This document shows positions 1 through 8,423 of a stretch of DNA of 64,000 bases, piece by piece. This DNA is from an uncultured virus (IMG/VR IMGVR_UViG_3300021387_000062) (taxonomy: Duplodnaviria > Heunggongvirae > Uroviricota > Caudoviricetes), in the IMG/VR virus record IMGVR_UViG_3300021387_000062; one strand, written 5' to 3'. The notes beneath the pieces are model-generated. The model searched no databases and was not told the DNA's origin. It worked only from the letters and a program-made list of their open reading frames with translations. Position 1 is the first letter of the stretch. Every line of letters starts with the position of its first letter. The position numbers and the translations under genes are program-made.

Positions 1-199
1 GCGGGCGGCTGATGTAGGTGCTGCCGGACGATTCCGGCAGGTGAATAATAATTAGACTGACAGTGCATATGAGAGGAGGCGGGATCATGCTTCTGATCAG
101 GGTTATGACTTACCTCGCAATCGTGTCGGCAGCAGTTCGGCACTGATCAGAAAGACTACAGTCTCGCACAATGGATACTTTAAATCACTAAATAAATAT

Positions 200-222
200 A
201 CCCCAGACATACCGTCTGGGGT
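200..222 (-). terminator. Intrinsic terminator after the 229..519 gene
   Basis: ACCCCAGAC-atacc-GTCTGGGGT hairpin with T-rich tail on the - strand. Confidence 0.6.
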
Positions 223-228
223 TAAACT

Positions 229-519
229 TTATTCACCAATCAGCATCGACACAAGATTCTTCAAACTTTCAAACTCAGTCTTCACATCTCCAGCGTCCTT
301 ACTTGTATAAGTCTTATGATAGGCACCATGCTTATTACAAAAGTCCATAAGCACTTTTTCATACTCTTTTCGAGCTTCAATATAAGCATTATAAGCTTTC
401 TCAACCTTATCAGCATCCCGCTTACGCGCGGTCGCCTTATCAGTAAGTTCAGCTTCTGCCTTTTTCAGATCTTCTACACTTTCATAAAGTTTCTTGGTTA
501 CATCGCTATAATATTTCAT
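229..519 (-). CDS. Hypothetical coiled-coil phage protein
   Basis: 96-aa ORF, AAGGAG RBS, upstream extended -10 TGATATAAT, downstream terminator. Confidence 0.75.
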   Translation of the reverse strand: MKYYSDVTKKLYESVEDLKKAEAELTDKATARKRDADKVEKAYNAYIEARKEYEKVLMDFCNKHGAYHKTYTSKDAGDVKTEFESLKNLVSMLIGE

Positions 520-604
520 AATAAATATCTCCTTTTATATTTATTCGTGGTTCCTTTCCCACGTATATAATTATTATATCAAAAATTTTTGTAAAAAGCA
601 AATT

Positions 605-1177
605 TCAATATTGAATAACTACTACTGGTTTCTTTAGTTTATCCATATAATCCATCATATCTTTAGTCCCTTTACTTTGACAATCCCAAAAAGCAATTAG
701 TTTATCAGCATAATCTCCCATCTGATGATTTCGTATATATCCAGCGGCCGCACCATATTGTTGCCAATCAGCGGAAAAACTTTTGATTGGAATATAATTC
801 CGCGTAGCCCAAATTTTTCCTAATGAATCGGCACCTTTTGCTTCCCCACAAACAACTTCACTAATTCGATCTTTTTCTTTGTCTAATACTTCTTTTAACA
901 ATTGATAATCATTAAATGTTCTACTTCCAGCAACTATTACTTTCTTCTTTACAATATAATTTGGTGGTACAAAATCATCGGCCGCGCGCCATCCCCATTT
1001 ATCACCAACCCATAACAAAAACCAAGTTTTTCCATATTCATCACAATATGTATCCAAAACTTGAACTATTTCATCTGTTTTAATTTTCTTTGCTTTAAAC
1101 AACTCTTTCTCACTTCCTTTATTATATAATACCACACATTTTGAATTTATGCAACTTTTCATATTTACTACTTCCAT
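605..1177 (-). CDS. SLOG/YspA-like (DUF2493) protein with an N-terminal SH3-like segment
   Basis: VIVAGSRTF...VCGEAKGADSLG...AAGYIRNHQM...IAFWD..SKGT motifs. Confidence 0.75.
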   Translation of the reverse strand: MEVVNMKSCINSKCVVLYNKGSEKELFKAKKIKTDEIVQVLDTYCDEYGKTWFLLWVGDKWGWRAADDFVPPNYIVKKKVIVAGSRTFNDYQLLKEVLDKEKDRISEVVCGEAKGADSLGKIWATRNYIPIKSFSADWQQYGAAAGYIRNHQMGDYADKLIAFWDCQSKGTKDMMDYMDKLKKPVVVIQY

Positions 1178-1201
1178 TCACCACTTAACTATAGTAATAA
1201 T

Positions 1202-1528
1202 TTGGAGGTAATAAAAATGATTGTAGGCACTACTCCAACTTTCACACTTTCAATACCAGAAGATAGCGGGGTTAATTTATCAAAAGCAACTAATATCTAC
1301 TTTACAATCCGTCAAGGCTCCATTATCTATACAAAAACTGGCAGTGATATAACTATAGTTGATGAAAATACAGTTACAGTTTCTTTAACTCAAGAAGAAA
1401 CTTTATCATTTAAATATTTAGTTGACGCAGAAATCCAACTTAATTGGACAGAAGGAAATAAAAGATACGCAACAAAAATCCGTAAAATTCCTCTTGATAA
1501 AAATCTTATAAAAGAGGTAATTGAATAA
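1202..1528 (+). CDS. BppU-N-like / Ig-like phage baseplate-type protein
   Basis: GTTPTFTL...VSLTQEETL...EIQLNW pattern; GGAGG RBS before ATG 1217. Confidence 0.55.
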   Translation: MEVIKMIVGTTPTFTLSIPEDSGVNLSKATNIYFTIRQGSIIYTKTGSDITIVDENTVTVSLTQEETLSFKYLVDAEIQLNWTEGNKRYATKIRKIPLDKNLIKEVIE

Positions 1529-1770
1529 TGAATGGACAATGGATTGAGCAGTTTCCAGAATCTAATAAATATGATTTAGATTTAGAAGAGACTATTTATG
1601 AATTAGAAATTGATAATCTAATGGGTAAAATCCCACTTGATTCTCCAGCTTTTATTGGCACTCCTACTGCTCCAACTGCACCACTTGGTACAAGTACAAC
1701 TCAACTTGCAACAACTGAATTTGTACATCAAGAAATTGATGCATATAATGAATCTATTATAGTAGAATAA
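1528..1770 (+). CDS. Short protein with one tail-fibre repeat
   Basis: LDSPAFIGTPTAPTAPLGTSTTQLATTEFV is the classic phage tail-fibre repeat. Confidence 0.65.
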   Translation: MNGQWIEQFPESNKYDLDLEETIYELEIDNLMGKIPLDSPAFIGTPTAPTAPLGTSTTQLATTEFVHQEIDAYNESIIVE

Positions 1771-1925
1771 ATTTGAAATATAAATAAATTTATGATATGA
1801 TAAAACCATCGTAAAGAATATTTATATAATTATAATAAGGTATCGAGAAGTTGAATTTGACTTCTCGATAATTTTATGGTATAATATTTATATATAATGA
1901 AAAGAGAAATTATATGAGAATGTAG

Positions 1926-2138
1926 ATGGAGAATGAATTAAATTGTCCAAATTGTGGTGCTCCAAGAACTGGTACTATATGTGAATATTGTGGTACAGTT
2001 TTTTATAATATAAATCATATAGAAGCAAAACAATCTGAAATAAATAAAATAAAAGCTGAAATAAATAAACTACAGTTTGAAAATAATTTATTTGCAGTAA
2101 GTAGTTGTTGGTTTCCAGATTATTATAGGAGATATTAA
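1926..2138 (+). CDS. Zinc-ribbon protein
   Basis: CPNCGA...CEYCGT; follows a sigmaA promoter (TTGACT...TGGTATAAT). Confidence 0.65.
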   Translation: MENELNCPNCGAPRTGTICEYCGTVFYNINHIEAKQSEINKIKAEINKLQFENNLFAVSSCWFPDYYRRY

Positions 2139-2196
2139 ATGGAATATGGAATAAATGTTACTCTTAAAGAAGTAAATGAATAATGGAGATAAATAA

Positions 2197-2406
2197 ATGA
2201 CTAAAACTTTTTGTGATAAATGTGGAAAAGAAATAAAAGATCCATTTTATATATATGTCCCTGCTAAAGCATCTTGGTCTCTTCAAACAATTAATCATCA
2301 ACATGTAACTAGCTATATGCTTTGTAAAAAATGCTTAGTTTCTTTTGCTGAATGGTTTGGCAGCGATTTTCTTTTTAGAGAATATAGTAAAATAGAGGAA
2401 ATATAA
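2197..2406 (+). CDS. Zinc-ribbon protein
   Basis: CDKCG...LCKKC; GGAG RBS. Confidence 0.65.
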   Translation: MTKTFCDKCGKEIKDPFYIYVPAKASWSLQTINHQHVTSYMLCKKCLVSFAEWFGSDFLFREYSKIEEI

Positions 2407-4263
2407 ATGAGTTACGGAATTAATGAAATTCAATCTCTTTCTTTTAAAGAAGGAGTAAGATCTCGTATACAAATGTATCTTGGATCAGATGATTTAGAAG
2501 GAACCTATCAAGCATTTAAAGAAATTATAAATAATTCAACTGATGAAGCTATCGCTGGATTTGGTAATAAAATTGAAATTAGCGTAAATGAAAAAGAAAA
2601 TGCAATTACAGTTCGAGATTATGGGCGCGGCGTCCCATTCGGAATAAGAGAGGATGGAGAAAACGTTCTTGTATCTATTTATTCCAAGTCTCATACTGGC
2701 GGCAAGTTTGAAGAAGGCGCTTATAAAAATGCGTCAGGACTCAATGGTATTGGTGCTAAATGTGTATGCTTGAGTGCTCTTGAATTTCAAGTCCAAAGTT
2801 TCCGTGATGGAATCGAAGCTCGTGCGCACTTTATAAAAGGAGATCTTGACTATTATAGTGACTCTCATCCAACTAGTCAACCAAACGGCACAAGAGTATG
2901 GTTTATTCCAGATCCAGAAGTATTTAAAACCGGAGAAATTGGTTACTCATATAAAAAAATTTGTGAAGATATAAAGAATATTAGTTATCTTTATAGTGGT
3001 ATTACTTTTATTATTACAAATGAAAATACAAAAGAAGTACAAACTTATTGTGCCAAAAATGGTATTATTGATTTTATAAAAGATAATATTACTAAGCCGC
3101 TTCATAAGCACATCATTTATGATTCAGTAACTGATTCAAATGGTGATAAGCTTGAAATTGCATTCCAATGGGGAAGCGGAAAAGAGCAGTCATATGTATT
3201 TGTAAATGGTTTGCTTTGTCCCGAGGGTGGCAGTCCTATCACTGGTGCAAAAACTTCAATTACTCGTACTTTTAATTCGCTTTCAAAACAGAATTTTGAT
3301 GGTGATGCAATTCGTGGCGGATTATTCTATGTAATTAACTGTTCAGTTTCTCAGCCTTCTTTTGCAAATCAAACCAAATCAAAAATCAATAATACAAATC
3401 TTCGTACTATGGCATCAAATTGTTTTAGTAATGCACTAAAGCAAATGAAAATTAAATATACTGAAGAATTTGAAAGTATTGTTGAACTATTAAAGAAAAT
3501 CGCCAAAGCAGAAGCTGCGGCCGAGCGCGCACGTAAACAAGTTCTTGATGCAACAAAAGACATTGAAAAGAATCAAAAGAAGAAAGTCTTTGCATCAGAT
3601 AAACTTAAAGATGCTGAATTTCTTGGGCAAAATGCTACGTTGCTGATTGTAGAAGGTGATTCCGCGGCCGGTGGCATCGCAAAAGCGCGCGACTATAAGA
3701 ATTATGGAATCTTAGCTATTCGAGGAAAGATTTTGAATTGCTTAGCGCATCCAGAAGAAAAGATTTTCCAGAATGAAGAGATCAAACTTTTACTCAGTGC
3801 GATGAATATTGTGCCGGGGAAATACAATAGCTCTCGTCTGCGCTATGGCAGAATCGGAATTTGTACTGATGCAGATGCAGATGGCTATCACATAGGACTG
3901 CTCATCATGGCCGCTCTTCGTTACCTTGCACCGGAATTTCTCAATGAAAAACGTCTTTGTTGGCTTCGTTCTCCACTTTATATTGTAAAGAATGGCAAAA
4001 ATGAGTCTTATTACTTTACAGATGAAGAATTTAATAAAGTACGTGGCAAGCTTAAAGGTGAAGTTCAGCGCGCGAAAGGCTTGGGCGCCCTAAGCGTAGA
4101 GCAAGCACATAAATCTATGTTCACTCCCGAATTTCAGCGTATGGATGTGCTTGAACCAGATCCAGATAGTCTATATATGTTGGAAGAGTTAATGGGTAGC
4201 GATGTTGAACCAAGACGAGAGTTCATTTTTAATAAAATTGATTTTTCGGAGATTAGGGAATAA
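2407..4263 (+). CDS. gyrB: Type IIA topoisomerase subunit B (GyrB/ParE)
   Basis: EIINNSTDE, DYGRGVP, GLNGIG GHKL motifs; EGDSA, IRGKILN, TDADADG TOPRIM motifs; KGLG. Confidence 0.93.
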   Translation: MSYGINEIQSLSFKEGVRSRIQMYLGSDDLEGTYQAFKEIINNSTDEAIAGFGNKIEISVNEKENAITVRDYGRGVPFGIREDGENVLVSIYSKSHTGGKFEEGAYKNASGLNGIGAKCVCLSALEFQVQSFRDGIEARAHFIKGDLDYYSDSHPTSQPNGTRVWFIPDPEVFKTGEIGYSYKKICEDIKNISYLYSGITFIITNENTKEVQTYCAKNGIIDFIKDNITKPLHKHIIYDSVTDSNGDKLEIAFQWGSGKEQSYVFVNGLLCPEGGSPITGAKTSITRTFNSLSKQNFDGDAIRGGLFYVINCSVSQPSFANQTKSKINNTNLRTMASNCFSNALKQMKIKYTEEFESIVELLKKIAKAEAAAERARKQVLDATKDIEKNQKKKVFASDKLKDAEFLGQNATLLIVEGDSAAGGIAKARDYKNYGILAIRGKILNCLAHPEEKIFQNEEIKLLLSAMNIVPGKYNSSRLRYGRIGICTDADADGYHIGLLIMAALRYLAPEFLNEKRLCWLRSPLYIVKNGKNESYYFTDEEFNKVRGKLKGEVQRAKGLGALSVEQAHKSMFTPEFQRMDVLEPDPDSLYMLEELMGSDVEPRREFIFNKIDFSEIRE

Positions 4264-4448
4264 TGGAAAAAATTATATGCCCCACTTGTCATAATAAAAT
4301 GTATATTACTATTGACGAGTGGGGACACACTCCTTGGCATCTACATTGTGATAATTGCCATATAAATATTGGTATGAAATAGATAAAAAATGTAGAGAAA
4401 TATATTAGAGAAAAAATACCAATAAATACATATATTGAAGAAGTTTAA
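4263..4448 (+). CDS. Zinc-ribbon protein (one in-frame TAG)
   Basis: MEKIICPTCH...HCDNCHINIGMK[TAG]IKN... ends TAA; overlaps the gyrB stop. Confidence 0.55.
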
Positions 4449-4530
4449 ATTAATTATAAGAAGTCAAAAAATTGACTTCTTTTTATTTTTATGATATACT
4501 ATATATAGAAAATAAAATTGGAGAATACTT

Positions 4531-4713
4531 ATGAAATTTATTGTAGATAAACTTCCAAATAACAGTAAAGATTGTATTTTTTCTAAATGGCATCCATATC
4601 CGCCAATAATGGAAGAAGCTGGATATTATGAATGTATAAAATGTCGAAAAGAATGTAATTTAACTAGAAAAAATACAGAATGTTATTTATTAAAAGAAGG
4701 TAAAAATGAGTAA
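4531..4713 (+). CDS. Small Cys-rich hypothetical protein
   Basis: GGAG RBS, promoter upstream, overlaps the gyrA start. Confidence 0.6.
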   Translation: MKFIVDKLPNNSKDCIFSKWHPYPPIMEEAGYYECIKCRKECNLTRKNTECYLLKEGKNE

Positions 4714-7045
4714 TTTAAAACAAGTAATAGAAGAATCTTTTACCCAATATAGTGGTGCAGTCCTTCAGTCACGTGCACTTGTCGATGTAAGAGATTGTTT
4801 AAAACCATCAGCGCGACAGATCTTTTATTGTCTCTATACTGATAAATTTCTGTCTTCAAAGCCTTTTAAAAAGACTCTTAAAGCGATTGGTAGCGCCGCG
4901 CGCATGTATATTCATGGCGACTCTTCTTGTGAAGGAGTTATTATGCGCGCGGGTCAACCTTTTGCCATGCGCTATCCTCTTATTGAAGTAGAAGGAAATG
5001 AAGGTAGCCTTATGTCAAGTGGAAGCTGGGCAGCGCCACGTTATACAGCATCCCGTCTTAGTGAATTTTCAGTTCGACTCTTTAATGATATTGATAAAGA
5101 TACTATTAAAGAATGGCGAGATAATTATGATGACACAGAACAATATCCATCTGTACTTCCTACAAAAGGGTTCTATAATATAGTAAATGGTACTATGGGT
5201 ATTGGTATTGGCGCGGCCAGTTCTATCCCACAATTTAATATTAAAGAGGTAAACCATGCACTAGAAGTATTATTACTTAATCCAGACGCTACGTTCGATG
5301 ATATTTACTGTGCGCCTGACTTTGCTACGGGCGCATTACTCCTTAATGAAAAAGAAGTTAGAGAAGCCCTCAAAACCGGTCAGGGGTCAGCGTGCAAGCT
5401 TAGATCTGTTGTGGAGTGGGATTCCGCAGAAAGAAGTTTTATTGTATCTCAAATCCCTTACTCCGTGTATACCAACACGATCTGTGAAGAACTCGAAGCA
5501 ATTTTAAATGATGAACTCAATAACCCAGGTATTGAACGTTTCAATGATCTTACTGGCATTGATCCACTTATCAAGATTTATCTTACTAAAAAAGCCAATC
5601 CAGATCGTGTACTAAAGTATCTTTATAAAAATACATCACTTCAAAGTTATTTTGGTATAAATATGACAATGCTTGATGATGGCCGCTATCCAAAAGTATT
5701 TGGTTGGAAAGATGCACTTCAAGCACATATTGATCATGAAAAGATTGTATATAGGCGTGGATTTAAATTTGATCTTGCAAAGATAGAAAAGCGTATCCAT
5801 ATTCTTGATGGACTTTTGATTTGTATTGCAAATATTGATGAGGTAGTAAAAGTAATCAAGACCTCTACGTCTACAGCGGCCGCTTCAAAAGAATTACAGA
5901 ATCGTTTCCTTTTAGACGATGAACAAGCAAAAGCTGTTCTTGATATGAAATTATCTCGTCTCGCAAATCTCGAAGTAAAAAAGCTTGAAGATGAAAGAGA
6001 AAAGCTCCAAGTTGAAGCCACGCGCATCCATAAAATTCTTGAAAGTGAAGAACTTTTTAACCAAGAACTTATAAACGGCTGGCGTGAAACTGCTCAAAAG
6101 TTTGGAGACACGCGCCGCACTCAGATTCTCAATATTGAAAATGAATCTGATGAACCGACTGAAAAGAAGCAACTTTCACTTTCCTTTACTAATAAAGGCG
6201 CAGTATTCGTAACAGAAACATCTTCCCTTTATTCTCAACGCCGTAATGGAATTGGAACCAAGCTAAAACTTGAAAAAAATGAGATTTTGGTAGATAATAT
6301 AATTGGTGAAAACACAGAAACAATTCTGTTCTTTACCAATAAAGGAAATTACTACCATATGAAGATGGGAGAGTTTACTGTTGGAGAAAAGCAATATCTG
6401 GCAAATTACTTTTCTATAGGAGATAATGAAACTCTTACAGCAGCAGTCAGTTTAAATCCTAAAAATGCTTCTAAATTTATTGTCTTTGTAACTAAGAATG
6501 GACTTATAAAAAAGAGTAAACTTAGTGAATATAACATGAAGCGTAATGTCGGAGCGCTCGCTATAAAGCTTGATACTGACGATGAAATCGTTTCAATTCT
6601 TATTCTTGAAGATGAAAAGATTGGTATTATGTCAAAATGCGGCCAGTTTATTATGGTTGCAACTTCACCTATAAAATCTATTGGTCGTGTGACTCGAGGT
6701 ATTATTGGTATGAAGTTAGCGGCCAGCGATGAAATTATGACCGCGCGCGTAATACCAAATAACACAACACATTTATTTAGTATCTCTACAGATGGTTATG
6801 GAAAGTCAACATCAATTAATGAATTTTCTGTAACTGGTACAAATACCAAAGGCGTTAAAATCCAGAAAGCAGAAAATATGTGTGACTTTATTCCAATCGT
6901 TACACAATCAGATATACTTATTAATTCAAATACAACACAAATCCGTATTAAAAACAGTGAAATTCCTATTCAATCACGTGGCACTATAGGTGTAAAACTC
7001 ATTAAGTTAATTAATAATAATGTAATTGGAATTTCTTCGTTGTGA
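4706..7045 (+). CDS. gyrA: Type IIA topoisomerase subunit A (GyrA-like)
   Basis: RDCLKPSAR, HGDSS, AAPRYT catalytic Tyr, beta-pinwheel CTD starting QRRNGIG (GyrA-box-like). Confidence 0.92.
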   Translation: MSNLKQVIEESFTQYSGAVLQSRALVDVRDCLKPSARQIFYCLYTDKFLSSKPFKKTLKAIGSAARMYIHGDSSCEGVIMRAGQPFAMRYPLIEVEGNEGSLMSSGSWAAPRYTASRLSEFSVRLFNDIDKDTIKEWRDNYDDTEQYPSVLPTKGFYNIVNGTMGIGIGAASSIPQFNIKEVNHALEVLLLNPDATFDDIYCAPDFATGALLLNEKEVREALKTGQGSACKLRSVVEWDSAERSFIVSQIPYSVYTNTICEELEAILNDELNNPGIERFNDLTGIDPLIKIYLTKKANPDRVLKYLYKNTSLQSYFGINMTMLDDGRYPKVFGWKDALQAHIDHEKIVYRRGFKFDLAKIEKRIHILDGLLICIANIDEVVKVIKTSTSTAAASKELQNRFLLDDEQAKAVLDMKLSRLANLEVKKLEDEREKLQVEATRIHKILESEELFNQELINGWRETAQKFGDTRRTQILNIENESDEPTEKKQLSLSFTNKGAVFVTETSSLYSQRRNGIGTKLKLEKNEILVDNIIGENTETILFFTNKGNYYHMKMGEFTVGEKQYLANYFSIGDNETLTAAVSLNPKNASKFIVFVTKNGLIKKSKLSEYNMKRNVGALAIKLDTDDEIVSILILEDEKIGIMSKCGQFIMVATSPIKSIGRVTRGIIGMKLAASDEIMTARVIPNNTTHLFSISTDGYGKSTSINEFSVTGTNTKGVKIQKAENMCDFIPIVTQSDILINSNTTQIRIKNSEIPIQSRGTIGVKLIKLINNNVIGISSL

Positions 7046-7158
7046 AAATTTGAAAAGTTCTGAAATTTATAGTATAATATATGCAGAAAGGTTGAGAGAG
7101 ATAAAAACCTTTTGAAAACAAATAAAAAAATATTTTTAAATTATAGGAGAAATGAACT

Positions 7159-7413
7159 ATGAAGCTTACTGAAAAGACTTTTGAAGCACTTGAATACCTG
7201 CAGGCACACGGCGGCCGCGCTACCACAGAAGAGATGCGTGTTGCTCTTAATTGCGAGAAGATCGCTTCCATCACTGGTCGTGTGAATTCCCTCGTGAAGA
7301 ACGAGTTGGCCTATCGTGAGAAGGTCGCTGTTGAAGGCGAAGAGAAGCCTCTTACCTACGTTCAGCTGACTGATGCTGGTATTAATTTCGTTCAGGGAAC
7401 TGACGAAGAGTAA
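7159..7413 (+). CDS. Winged-helix DNA-binding protein
   Basis: ALEYLQAHGGRATTEEMRVAL...ITGRVNSLVKNEL...YVQLTDAG wHTH pattern; own promoter and a hairpin at 7419-7438. Confidence 0.7.
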   Translation: MKLTEKTFEALEYLQAHGGRATTEEMRVALNCEKIASITGRVNSLVKNELAYREKVAVEGEEKPLTYVQLTDAGINFVQGTDEE

Positions 7414-7500
7414 TTCAAAAGGGAGCATTAGCTCCCTTATCAGCCTAAATAAACTATAAACTATAAACAAAAACTAGAAACAAAAACTGAGGTAAAATAA

Positions 7501-8412
7501 ATGTTGAGACAAGCAGAAAATAAAGTAAGAATTGAAGGTATTTTGTCCGAAATCAACCTGAAGTATGGTTCTTTCGTTAAGAATGGTGCCACTGTTGATA
7601 ATATTGGTGGTAATATCAAGGTTCTGGTTCATCAGACAATCAATGGTGAAGATGTTTCACTGGAAATTCCAGTGTATATGTTTGCAACTAAGTTTACAAA
7701 CGCAGGTAAGCCCAATCCAGCATATGAATCTATTCAAAACGTTATGACCGAATATGTTTCAATTGCATCTGGTGCTGGTGAAGCTGGTGCGGATAAGATT
7801 CGTATTACGAATGGTAATATTCGTATGAATGAGTATTACAATCAGCAAGGTCAGCTTGTATCTTTCCCAAGAGTTAACGCGTCTTTTGTTACAAAGGCAA
7901 CTGGAGAATTTCGTCCAGAAGCATCTTGGAGTCTTGAGTTTGCTGTATCTTCAATGGATTTTGTAACTGATGCAGACGGTGTTGAAGTCGAACCTAAGAA
8001 ACTTCGTATCAAGGTAATCGTGCCGCAGTATGGTGGTAAGGTTGATACGATGGAATTCTATGCAACTAATCCTCGTGTTATTGATGCAATTACTTCTTAT
8101 TGGGAGAATCAGAAGACATATAGCGCAAAAGGTAGACTGAATTTTACTAGCACAACTCGTGAAATTATTGAAGAGTGTGATTTTGGTGAACCCGATGTTC
8201 ATATTCAGACAGTTAGTGTTAGTGAGTTGATTGTTACAAAGGGAACTCAGTCTGCGATGGAAGATGATATGGAGTTTAAGCCAGCAGATTTGGCTGCGGC
8301 ACTTAAGGAGCATAAGGCTTATCTTGAGACACTTAAGGATAAGACTTCTCAGAAGCCGCATAGTACTCCGGCACCTACAAGTTCAAATCAGGAATTTGAT
8401 CTTGGCTTCTAA
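7501..8412 (+). CDS. Putative single-stranded DNA-binding protein
   Basis: beta-rich, NKVRIEGILSE start, acidic-aromatic tail EFDLGF, directly upstream of the AAA ATPase as in SPbeta-like phages. Confidence 0.65.
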   Translation: MLRQAENKVRIEGILSEINLKYGSFVKNGATVDNIGGNIKVLVHQTINGEDVSLEIPVYMFATKFTNAGKPNPAYESIQNVMTEYVSIASGAGEAGADKIRITNGNIRMNEYYNQQGQLVSFPRVNASFVTKATGEFRPEASWSLEFAVSSMDFVTDADGVEVEPKKLRIKVIVPQYGGKVDTMEFYATNPRVIDAITSYWENQKTYSAKGRLNFTSTTREIIEECDFGEPDVHIQTVSVSELIVTKGTQSAMEDDMEFKPADLAAALKEHKAYLETLKDKTSQKPHSTPAPTSSNQEFDLGF

Positions 8413-8423
8413 GGAGGTGCCTT

